Shown here one piece after another: positions 20,141-28,052 of a stretch of DNA of 64,000 nucleotides. The notes beneath the pieces were generated by a model. It was not told the DNA's origin and did no database searches. It saw nothing but the letters and a program-made list of their open reading frames with translations. Source of the DNA: Acutalibacteraceae bacterium (lineage in GTDB: Bacteria; Bacillota; Clostridia; Oscillospirales; Acutalibacteraceae); contig JBJEQG010000057.1 in assembly GCA_051881635.1 (NCBI GenBank), positions 1,695 to 65,694 of the forward strand, read 5' to 3'. Each line of letters starts with the position of its first letter. Position 1 is the first letter of the stretch. The position numbers and the translations under genes were made by a program.

Positions 20141-21229
20141 TTGAAAAAAGGATATGACAGACAAATTGATTTAATGTATTCGGCGTTGGAAAGTCATTCC
20201 GATGGAATTAAAGAATCTGATATTTGGAAAAAGCGAAGAAAAGAGATAAAAACGCCTGCCGAAGATTTTTATTATAAATCCGGAAATCCGTTTATCGGAT
20301 TTTTACAGTTTTCCATAAGAAAAAATCCCGTCAAACGGGTTAATGATGTAAATAAACTTTTAAATGACATAAAAGGGACAAATGCTCTAATTAGTAAATT
20401 AAGCAGATATTTTTTCGGTATTGCGTTGTTTTCAATTGTTATAGGTATTATTGTAAGTTTTTTTAAATTAGACGGAATACAATGGATTTGGTATGGCGGA
20501 ATAGCAATATTGTTTATAGCTTTTACGGTTTATACTTTAAAAATGTATTATCGTTCAAAGGAAGAACATTATGATATTTTTGATTATAAAAGATATATAA
20601 TGGATAAGGTGTTGTTATCGACATATTCGTTAGCAAATGAAACAGTTTATGAGCCGAACATGGGCATGCCATATAATGTAATGATGGATACAATGCTTTT
20701 TGATAAATGCTATTTTACGCATAACGAAAATTTTTTTACGGGAATACATAACGGTACATATTTTGCAAATACAGATATTGGACTAACATACGACAGTGAA
20801 GGTGACACAGTTGAGGGATTTTTTTGTGGTCATATATTGAGTATTAAATATCAAAATGATTTTAACGGAACTGTAACAGTAACCGACAGAGAATATAAAT
20901 TCAAGGCAAAAAAGAAAAACAAAACGCTCAGTCCCGTAATGTTAAATAATGACTTTTTTGACAGTACTTTCATTTTTCTAACCGATAATGAAAATCTCGC
21001 CAAACAAATTTTAACACCGCAGATTATGGGATTTTTAATGCATCTTAAACAAAATAGTAATGGAGCTGTGCTTGTATCTTTCAGAAACGGATATGTCCAT
21101 ATTTTAATTGATAACAAACAGATGCTTTTTGAAGTTGACACGAGAAATCCTGATATAAACAAAGATACAAATACATTCAGAAATAGTGTTCAATATATTT
21201 GCGATATTATAGATAAACTTTATATGTGA
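20141..21229 (+). CDS. Membrane protein of unknown function (DUF3137-like)
   Basis: Two adjacent TM helices (FFGIALFSIVIGIIVSFF / IWYGGIAILFIAFTVYTL) followed by a ~220-aa soluble domain. TTG at 20141 is 8 nt after AGGAG. The family name is recalled, not searched. Confidence 0.45.
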   Translation: MKKGYDRQIDLMYSALESHSDGIKESDIWKKRRKEIKTPAEDFYYKSGNPFIGFLQFSIRKNPVKRVNDVNKLLNDIKGTNALISKLSRYFFGIALFSIVIGIIVSFFKLDGIQWIWYGGIAILFIAFTVYTLKMYYRSKEEHYDIFDYKRYIMDKVLLSTYSLANETVYEPNMGMPYNVMMDTMLFDKCYFTHNENFFTGIHNGTYFANTDIGLTYDSEGDTVEGFFCGHILSIKYQNDFNGTVTVTDREYKFKAKKKNKTLSPVMLNNDFFDSTFIFLTDNENLAKQILTPQIMGFLMHLKQNSNGAVLVSFRNGYVHILIDNKQMLFEVDTRNPDINKDTNTFRNSVQYICDIIDKLYM

Positions 21230-21253
21230 CAGAAATTAAAATTTATGAAAAAA

Positions 21254-21281
21254 CCTCCGATTTTCGGGGGCTTTTATTTTT
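21254..21281 (+). terminator. Rho-independent terminator
   Basis: CCTCCGA-TTT-TCGGGGG hairpin followed by CTTTTATTTTT. Confidence 0.75.
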
Positions 21282-21337
21282 CGTAATGGTAATTTAGAAT
21301 ATATCATGTTATAATAAAATATAATTATATTTCGGAG

Positions 21338-22126
21338 ATGACAGCTTTGAACAGGAATAAACTTTTTCATATTGCTTTAACGGAAGAACAAGGGGCAAAA
21401 TATGCTCTTTTGCCGGGTGACCCTGCCCGTGTGGAGAAAATAGCAGCTTTTTTGGATAATCCCAAACCGCTGGCAAGCAACAGGGAATTTACTTCATATA
21501 GTGGTACATTGTGCGGAGAGCGTGTTTTGGTATTGTCTACTGGTATCGGCGGGCCGTCAGCCGCTATTGCCATGGAAGAATTATGCCGTATAGGAGTAAA
21601 AACGGTTATCCGTATCGGAACTTGCGGAGCTATGCAGCCTTACATTAAAGGGGGAGATATTGTTTTGGCAACAGCGGCAGTGCGTATGGAGGGAACAAGC
21701 AAAGAATATATGCCGATTGAAATGCCTGCCGCCGCTGATTTTTCGGTTGTATCCGCTTTGAGGGCGGCAGCACAGGAGTGCGGTTTTATATCTCATACAG
21801 GTGTTGTCCAAAGCAAGGACTCTTTTTATGGTCAGCACAGTCCCGAAAGTATGCCTGTTGGTATTGAACTGAAAGAAAAGTGGGAGGCATGGAAAAAGTG
21901 CGGTGTTTTAGCGTCCGAAATGGAAACAGCGGCGATTTTTTCGGTTGCACAGGTCAGAAAAATGAAAGCGGGCTGTGTTTTGTATGTTCTTTGGAATCAG
22001 GAACAGGGCGATACTAAAAACAATGAACAGACGGTTTTTGATACTTCAATAGCCATTCAAACAGCGGTTCATGCACTGAAAAAGTTGATTGCACAAGACA
22101 GGGGAGAAAACAGTAATGTCGGATAA
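21338..22126 (+). CDS. Nucleoside phosphorylase (uridine phosphorylase-like, PNP/UDP family 1)
   Basis: LPGDPARVEKIA, TGIGGPSAAIAMEEL and SEMETAAIF motifs. The start could also be TTG at 21350. Confidence 0.8.
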   Translation: MTALNRNKLFHIALTEEQGAKYALLPGDPARVEKIAAFLDNPKPLASNREFTSYSGTLCGERVLVLSTGIGGPSAAIAMEELCRIGVKTVIRIGTCGAMQPYIKGGDIVLATAAVRMEGTSKEYMPIEMPAAADFSVVSALRAAAQECGFISHTGVVQSKDSFYGQHSPESMPVGIELKEKWEAWKKCGVLASEMETAAIFSVAQVRKMKAGCVLYVLWNQEQGDTKNNEQTVFDTSIAIQTAVHALKKLIAQDRGENSNVG

Positions 22127-23051
22127 AAAGATACCTTTGGCAGCGGTTGTCGGACCGACTGCGTCCGGAAAAACGGCTCTTGCGGTTGAATTGGCACAAC
22201 GCCTTGACGGCGAGATTGTGTCTGCGGATTCCATGCAGATTTACAGAGAGATGAATATTGCCACCGCAAAGCCGACTTTGGAAGAACAAAAAAACATTCC
22301 GCACCACCTTTTGGATTTTTTGCCGCCTGAAAGTCTGTATAGTGTTGCAGATTATGTTGTTCAGGCAAGGAAGGTTATATCGGATATTCATGCTCGTGGA
22401 AAACTGCCGATATTATGCGGTGGCACAGGTTTGTACTATACATCGTTGGTTGATAATGTTCAATTCTTTGACGAGGAGCATGACGAGGTGTTGCGTGAAC
22501 AGCTAAACCGCCGTTACAGTGAGGAGGGCGGCGAAAGTCTTTTGGCGGAATTGCAGACTTTTGACCCTGAAACAGCGGTACGATTGCACCCGTCCGATAA
22601 CAAACGCATTATACGGGCGATTGAAGTTTACCGTTTGACGGGAGAAACCATGAGTGCAAGGGCGGCAAAGTCCAAACAAGAGCCGTCCCCTTATAATTTG
22701 GCGGTTGTCGGATTGAATTATGCTGACCGTTCAGTTTTGTATGAACGGATTAACAGGCGGGTGGATATAATGCTTGCTGAGGGGCTGATTGATGAAGCAA
22801 AGGCTTTTTATGCGGGGAAGTTTGGAAAAACCGCCGCCGCCGCTATCGGTTATAAGGAATTAAAACCGTATTTGGACGGTATAATTTCTTTGGAGGAAGC
22901 AACGGAAAAGCTGAAACAGGAAACACGCCGCTATGCCAAGCGTCAGTTGACATGGTTTCGTAAAGACCAACGGATTTTTTGGATTGAAATGGATAAATGT
23001 TCCAATCCGACAGATACAGCGGAAATATATTTGCACTCAAAATTATTTTAA
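22116..23051 (+). CDS. miaA: tRNA dimethylallyltransferase MiaA
   Basis: VVGPTASGKTALAVELA P-loop, SADSMQIYREMNIATAKP and HHLLD motifs. GGGGAG RBS lies 9 nt before the ATG at 22116. Confidence 0.95.
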   Translation: MSDKKIPLAAVVGPTASGKTALAVELAQRLDGEIVSADSMQIYREMNIATAKPTLEEQKNIPHHLLDFLPPESLYSVADYVVQARKVISDIHARGKLPILCGGTGLYYTSLVDNVQFFDEEHDEVLREQLNRRYSEEGGESLLAELQTFDPETAVRLHPSDNKRIIRAIEVYRLTGETMSARAAKSKQEPSPYNLAVVGLNYADRSVLYERINRRVDIMLAEGLIDEAKAFYAGKFGKTAAAAIGYKELKPYLDGIISLEEATEKLKQETRRYAKRQLTWFRKDQRIFWIEMDKCSNPTDTAEIYLHSKLF

Positions 23052-23092
23052 AATAAAGTATTAAAATTCTATATATATAATTTTTAAATATC

Positions 23093-23121
23093 TTGACAAA
23101 GATAAATCAATCATTTATAAT
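23093..23121 (+). promoter_or_regulatory. Consensus sigma-A promoter (TTGACA-17-TATAAT)
   Basis: Exact TTGACA at 23093-23098, a 17-nt spacer, and exact TATAAT at 23116-23121. Confidence 0.8.
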
Positions 23122-23160
23122 GATTTTAGAAAAGAATGTCATAAATGGAGGTTTTTTGAT

Positions 23161-23541
23161 ATGAGTTATAATTACGGCAACACTAATGGCAATAATAATT
23201 ATGGCGGCAATTATAATAACGGGTTTAACAATAATAATATGGATCCGGGCTATGGTTTTGGTATTGCATCATTGGTTTGCGGTATTATCGCTGTGGTTTT
23301 GTCATTTGTCGGTGGTTCAGGTTTAATTCCGGCAATTCTCGGTGTGATTTTTTCTGTTATGTCAGGTAACAGAAGTGCAACGGTAGGCTTACCCCGAAAT
23401 GGTATGGCAACGGGTGGATTGATTTGTTCCTGTATTTCACTTGCTTTGAGTTTGTTGGTTTTGCTTTCCTGTATTACCTGTTTTGGTTGTTTTGGATGTG
23501 CCACTTGTACACAAGGCTCATACGCATATTATTGGCATTGA
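23161..23541 (+). CDS. Small membrane protein (DUF4190-like) with an Asn/Gly-rich N-terminus and a Cys-rich C-terminus
   Basis: GGAGG RBS. N-terminal NYGNTNGNNNYGGNYNNGFNNNN low complexity, 3 predicted TM helices, and a CITCFGCFGCATC tail. Confidence 0.6.
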   Translation: MSYNYGNTNGNNNYGGNYNNGFNNNNMDPGYGFGIASLVCGIIAVVLSFVGGSGLIPAILGVIFSVMSGNRSATVGLPRNGMATGGLICSCISLALSLLVLLSCITCFGCFGCATCTQGSYAYYWH

Positions 23542-23564
23542 TAATAATAAAGACAAGATATTTT

Positions 23565-23595
23565 AAGCGGTCAAGAGTATTGACCGCTTATTTTA
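23565..23595 (+). terminator. Rho-independent terminator
   Basis: AAGCGGTCAA-GAGTA-TTGACCGCTT perfect 10-bp stem followed by ATTTT. Confidence 0.8.
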
Positions 23596-23621
23596 TGTAA
23601 GAAATAGGAGGACAAAAAGTT

Positions 23622-24446
23622 ATGATACCGACAATCACAGTTTTAGGTTATGAAATATCAATGTATTCGATTTTTGCCCTTGTGGGGATTATTTGTGCGG
23701 TTGTGCTTTTTGCTGTTCTGCACCGTCAGGATAAAACCTTAAATTCAGTCCAAATGGTAAATATACCGATTGTGTCGATTTTAGGAATTTTTATTGGGGC
23801 TCACCTTTTATATGGTATCACGCATATAGACCATATCTGGTGGGTGTTATGTCATTTAAATGTTGTCTTTTCAAGCTGGGAAATGTTTATTGCCTATATG
23901 GGTGATATTTTTGGCGGAATGGTATTTTATGGCGGTTTAATCGGCGGATTGTTGGCAGGGGGCATTTATTGTAAATGCATGAAGTTGGATTTATGGCTTT
24001 ATGCGGACGCTTATGCACCGTCAATTCCTCTGTTTCATGCCTTTGGACGCATTGGCTGTTTCATGTCGGGCTGTTGTTACGGAATAGAAAGCTCATGGGG
24101 ATTTGTCTATGAAAATGCCCTGTCCGATGCAGCAAACGGTGTGGTTAGAGTTCCGATACAGTTAATTGAGGCAGGCGGTAATTTGCTGATTTGTGCGATG
24201 CTGATATTTATAACATGCCGTCATAAATACCATAAGGGAACATTGATTTGTTTATATTTGTTTTCTTATGCCGTTTTGCGGTTTATCATGGAATTTTTCC
24301 GTGGGGACGAAATTAGGGGGATTGTTCTTGGCTTGTCAACTTCCCAATGGATTAGTCTTTTGATATTGATTGTTGTTTCAATTTGGACCGTGCGTCTATA
24401 TCGTCCGAAATACCAAACGAAAAACGGAGAAACCTCAGTTTCTTAA
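23622..24446 (+). CDS. lgt: Prolipoprotein diacylglyceryl transferase Lgt
   Basis: Polytopic membrane protein with the GRIGCFMSGCCYG motif and a downstream FRGDE motif. Confidence 0.9.
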   Translation: MIPTITVLGYEISMYSIFALVGIICAVVLFAVLHRQDKTLNSVQMVNIPIVSILGIFIGAHLLYGITHIDHIWWVLCHLNVVFSSWEMFIAYMGDIFGGMVFYGGLIGGLLAGGIYCKCMKLDLWLYADAYAPSIPLFHAFGRIGCFMSGCCYGIESSWGFVYENALSDAANGVVRVPIQLIEAGGNLLICAMLIFITCRHKYHKGTLICLYLFSYAVLRFIMEFFRGDEIRGIVLGLSTSQWISLLILIVVSIWTVRLYRPKYQTKNGETSVS

Positions 24447-24463
24447 TAAATTAGCCGTAAAAA

Positions 24464-24495
24464 ATCCTGTTCATATAAGAACGGGATTTTTTTTG
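24464..24495 (+). terminator. Rho-independent terminator after lgt
   Basis: ATCCTGTTC-ATATAA-GAACGGGAT stem followed by T8. Confidence 0.8.
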
Positions 24496-24622
24496 TAGGA
24501 TAATATCATAATATGGGAAAATGTGCCTAAAAATTTGGGTACAATTTGTTTACTTTGAAAAATTACTGTGTTATAATAAATTTATGTTGGAATTTTCTAT
24601 TGCTTTTGGGAGATAAAAATTT

Positions 24623-25948
24623 ATGGATAAATCTTCGATAATTAAAAAAATTCTTATGACTTTAATTACGATTTTGGTTTTGGCGTATGTGGTTTATGTT
24701 ATTGTCGGAGCGAATTTTAATTCAATCAAGACAGAAGCGGCAACAAAAATGACAGCGACAAATTCCATTTCCGTTTCAGGTTATTTTATTCGTGATGAAA
24801 GTCTTATTCAGCATAAAGGGAATGGTGTTATATCCTATACGGTAGAGGACTGTTCAAAGGTTGCGGGAAAAGAAACGGTTGCAGAAATCTATCATTCTTC
24901 GGAAGATGCCGCCGCCCAAGAAGAAATAGACCGCCTGAAAGAACGCATTGCGACTTTGGAAACCTTAGAAAAGTCTGCCGACATGATTTCCCTTTCGCCG
25001 GAGGATTTGGACGAAAGTGTTTATTCGTCCCTTTTTAAAATGAAGGAACAACTCGGTGACGGTAATATTCTTGATGTTGATGATACTGTGGAGAATATTA
25101 TTTATTCAATCAATGAACGCCGTTTAGTTATTGGAAAAACGGAAAGTTTTTCGTCCTCAATTGCGGAACTGAAAAAACAGGTTGAGGAGTTAGAGGCTTC
25201 TTATAAAAAGGCACAGACAGAAATTATTTCGGAAAAAGCCGGTTATTTTGTCAGCTTTGCCGATGGATTTGAAAATGTTGTCACCTCAGATGATATAGAA
25301 AACATTTATCCATCTCAGCTTGAAGAACTGATGAACAGTACACCAAAGACGGTTTCCAAGCAGACAATCGGCAAAACGATTGATAATATTTTTTGGTATA
25401 TTGCCTGTCCCGTAACCTATGAACAGGCATTGGTATTAAAAAATTTGGACCGTATCACTGTTAGTTTACCGTTTGCGTTGGCTGATGAAATCCCCGTAAC
25501 GGTTGTATCCGTAAATCAGGAAACCAAAACATCAGGTGGCGTGGTTATTCTTCGAGGGGAATATATGAACGAAGAATTGGCATCTGCCCGCAAAGAAACC
25601 GTTGTTATCAATATCGAAAATTATACGGGTATTTATGTCAATCGAAAAGCAGTCCATGAACAGGAACTGACTAAGACCGTTACGGACGAAAACGGCAAAG
25701 AAACACAGGTGACAGAGAGTGTTATGGGTGTTTATGTTTTGTCGGGAAATGAATTGGAGTTTAAGCAGATTGCCGTTCTTTATTCCAATAAGGATTATTT
25801 GATTTGTTCCGAAGACCCGAAAAAAGACGAAAGTGACGGCGTCAGTATGGAAATCGGTATTTTCTCTTATGATGAACCGATATTGAAATTATATGATAAT
25901 ATAGTTGTGGAGGGAGCGAATCTTTATGACGGAAAACTTGTCACTTGA
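24623..25948 (+). CDS. HlyD-like membrane-anchored coiled-coil protein (function uncertain)
   Basis: N-terminal TM helix, a barrel-sandwich-like start (SVSGYFIRDESLI...GNGVISYTVEDCSKVAGKETVAEIY), and a long coiled coil. It heads the yggS-sepF-divIVA cluster. Confidence 0.45.
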   Translation: MDKSSIIKKILMTLITILVLAYVVYVIVGANFNSIKTEAATKMTATNSISVSGYFIRDESLIQHKGNGVISYTVEDCSKVAGKETVAEIYHSSEDAAAQEEIDRLKERIATLETLEKSADMISLSPEDLDESVYSSLFKMKEQLGDGNILDVDDTVENIIYSINERRLVIGKTESFSSSIAELKKQVEELEASYKKAQTEIISEKAGYFVSFADGFENVVTSDDIENIYPSQLEELMNSTPKTVSKQTIGKTIDNIFWYIACPVTYEQALVLKNLDRITVSLPFALADEIPVTVVSVNQETKTSGGVVILRGEYMNEELASARKETVVINIENYTGIYVNRKAVHEQELTKTVTDENGKETQVTESVMGVYVLSGNELEFKQIAVLYSNKDYLICSEDPKKDESDGVSMEIGIFSYDEPILKLYDNIVVEGANLYDGKLVT

Positions 25949-26666
25949 TTTGGAGGCAAAAAAGGAAAGCATTAGAACCAACTATTTTGAAATTACCGAG
26001 CGTATCGCAAAAGCGGCACAGCAGAGCGGACGCAAAGCGGAGGATATTACATTTTTGGCGGCAACAAAAACCGTACCCGCAGCATTGATTAACTATGCGA
26101 TTTCTCTTGGTTTAAAAGCCATAGGCGAGAATAAGGTACAGGAGTTGCTTTCCAAATATGATGAATACAATCTTTCGGAATGCGACCTGCACTTAATTGG
26201 TCATTTGCAGACTAATAAGGTTAAACAGGTTGTCGGTAAAGTTTGCATGATACAGTCCGTAGACAGCATTAAGCTGGCAAAGGAAATTTCAAAGCATTCT
26301 TCCGCTCTCGGTGTGGAAACCGATGTCCTTTTAGAGGTCAATATAGGCGGAGAAGAAAACAAAACAGGGGCGGCTATTGAAATACTGACCGAACTTTTGG
26401 AGCAAACAGCGGCTTTGCCGTCTGTTCATGTGCGTGGCTTAATGACAATTCCGCCGATTTGCGACAAAAAAACAGATGTTTTGAAATTTTTTGATAAGAT
26501 GCACAACTTATTTGTTGACATTTCATGCAAAAAATTAGATAATGTATCTATGGACTATCTTTCGATGGGAATGTCGGGGGATTATGAAGAGGCAATTTTG
26601 TCAGGAGCCAATATGGTGCGTATAGGTTCGCTTCTGTTTGGTGTCCGAGATTACAGTAAAAAATAA
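25926..26666 (+). CDS. yggS: YggS family pyridoxal-phosphate-dependent protein (YlmE)
   Basis: LLAATKT (PLP lysine), HLIGHLQTNKVK and SMGMSGDYE motifs. GGAGGGAG RBS precedes the ATG at 25926. Confidence 0.92.
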   Translation: MTENLSLDLEAKKESIRTNYFEITERIAKAAQQSGRKAEDITFLAATKTVPAALINYAISLGLKAIGENKVQELLSKYDEYNLSECDLHLIGHLQTNKVKQVVGKVCMIQSVDSIKLAKEISKHSSALGVETDVLLEVNIGGEENKTGAAIEILTELLEQTAALPSVHVRGLMTIPPICDKKTDVLKFFDKMHNLFVDISCKKLDNVSMDYLSMGMSGDYEEAILSGANMVRIGSLLFGVRDYSKK

Positions 26667-26697
26667 CGAAGCGAAAGTTTCAAGGAGGATTTTTATT

Positions 26698-27180
26698 ATG
26701 GGCGTTATGGATAAATTAAAGGGTATGTGGAAACAGCCGGACGATGAGGGCGATTATAGCGACGATTACTATGACAATCAGGGTTCAGATTATGCTCCCA
26801 ATGAGGAAACAGCATCTGCAAGCAAGGAAACACCGTCCGAAAGCACTCAGACATCTTCAAAAGGTAATAAGGTTGTCAGCATTAACAGAGGACCTAATTC
26901 AAGTTTCAAAGTTTGTGTTTTCAAGCCGGAACGCTATGGTGAAGAAACACAGGATATTGCCGTTGAATTGGTCAATATGAATATTGTGCTTTTAAATTTG
27001 GAGAATACAAACAAAGATATGTCCCGCCGTATTATTGACTTTTTAAGCGGTGTTACTTATGCTAATGACGGTCAAATCACCCGTGTTGCTACAAATACCT
27101 ATATGATTACACCGAAGAATATTGATGTTTCAACCACAGATGTCATGGACGGTTTAGAGAGCAGCGGCATTTATATCTGA
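26698..27180 (+). CDS. sepF: Cell division protein SepF
   Basis: AGGAGG RBS; C-terminal domain with RRIIDFLSGVTYANDGQITRVATNTYMITP. Confidence 0.9.
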   Translation: MGVMDKLKGMWKQPDDEGDYSDDYYDNQGSDYAPNEETASASKETPSESTQTSSKGNKVVSINRGPNSSFKVCVFKPERYGEETQDIAVELVNMNIVLLNLENTNKDMSRRIIDFLSGVTYANDGQITRVATNTYMITPKNIDVSTTDVMDGLESSGIYI

Positions 27181-27218
27181 TAACATTAAGTAATTCTGTC
27201 AGAGGTGAGAGGTAAGAA

Positions 27219-28010
27219 ATGATTACGCTTGAAGAAATGAAAAATATCAACTTCCATAAAGCGGGTTTCAGCGGCGGTTACAGAACCGATGAAGTTGACC
27301 TTTTTATCGACCGTGTCATTGAAAAGGTCGAGAAAATGCAGGAAGATGCCGATAATGCCGACAGGAGAGTCAAAGAACTTGAAAAAACATCTGATTGGCT
27401 GAAAAACGAAAAGGACAGCCTTTCCAATGTGTTTATTAAAGCTCAGTTAGCGGCGGACTCAATCGAAAAAGAGGCAAAGGAAGAAGCCGAAAAGCTTTTG
27501 AACGATGCAAGAGAAGAAGCGGAAACCACGCTTTCCGAGGCAAAGGCTGAGGCACAGAAACTTGTTTCAGATGCACAGGAAAAAGCCGATAAGATTTTAC
27601 AAGATGTTACCCAAAATTCAACGGGTATTGTCGAGGCGAATAATGCCAAAATACATACACAAAAGTTGCTTTACGAACAACTGCAAATTGAAGTTGCCAA
27701 GTTCAGAGCTGATATGCTCCGTATCTATAAAGAGCATTTGCGTGTATTAAAGACCTTGCCGAACTCAGATGTTGTCAAGGCGTCTATTGAACAAATGAAC
27801 CAGAAGTACCCGACGACACCGAGTTTTTCCATGCCTGAACCTGTTGAGGTTGTCGAAAAAATATCCGAAGCGGCGGAAAAGTCCGAAGATACAAAGACCG
27901 AGCCGAAAGAACAACCGACTATTGACCTGTACAGTTCATCGTCCACAAGAGAGGAAAAAAATAACCGTGTTTCTTTAAACGACAAAAAAAGTGACACGGA
28001 TCAATCATAA
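27219..28010 (+). CDS. divIVA: DivIVA domain-containing protein
   Basis: N-terminal LEEMKNINFHKAGFSGGYRTDEVDLFIDRV lipid-binding domain followed by a coiled coil. Confidence 0.88.
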   Translation: MITLEEMKNINFHKAGFSGGYRTDEVDLFIDRVIEKVEKMQEDADNADRRVKELEKTSDWLKNEKDSLSNVFIKAQLAADSIEKEAKEEAEKLLNDAREEAETTLSEAKAEAQKLVSDAQEKADKILQDVTQNSTGIVEANNAKIHTQKLLYEQLQIEVAKFRADMLRIYKEHLRVLKTLPNSDVVKASIEQMNQKYPTTPSFSMPEPVEVVEKISEAAEKSEDTKTEPKEQPTIDLYSSSSTREEKNNRVSLNDKKSDTDQS

Positions 28011-28052
28011 TGATATAGAATTGAGATTATTATAAAAAGGGAGAGAAAACCC

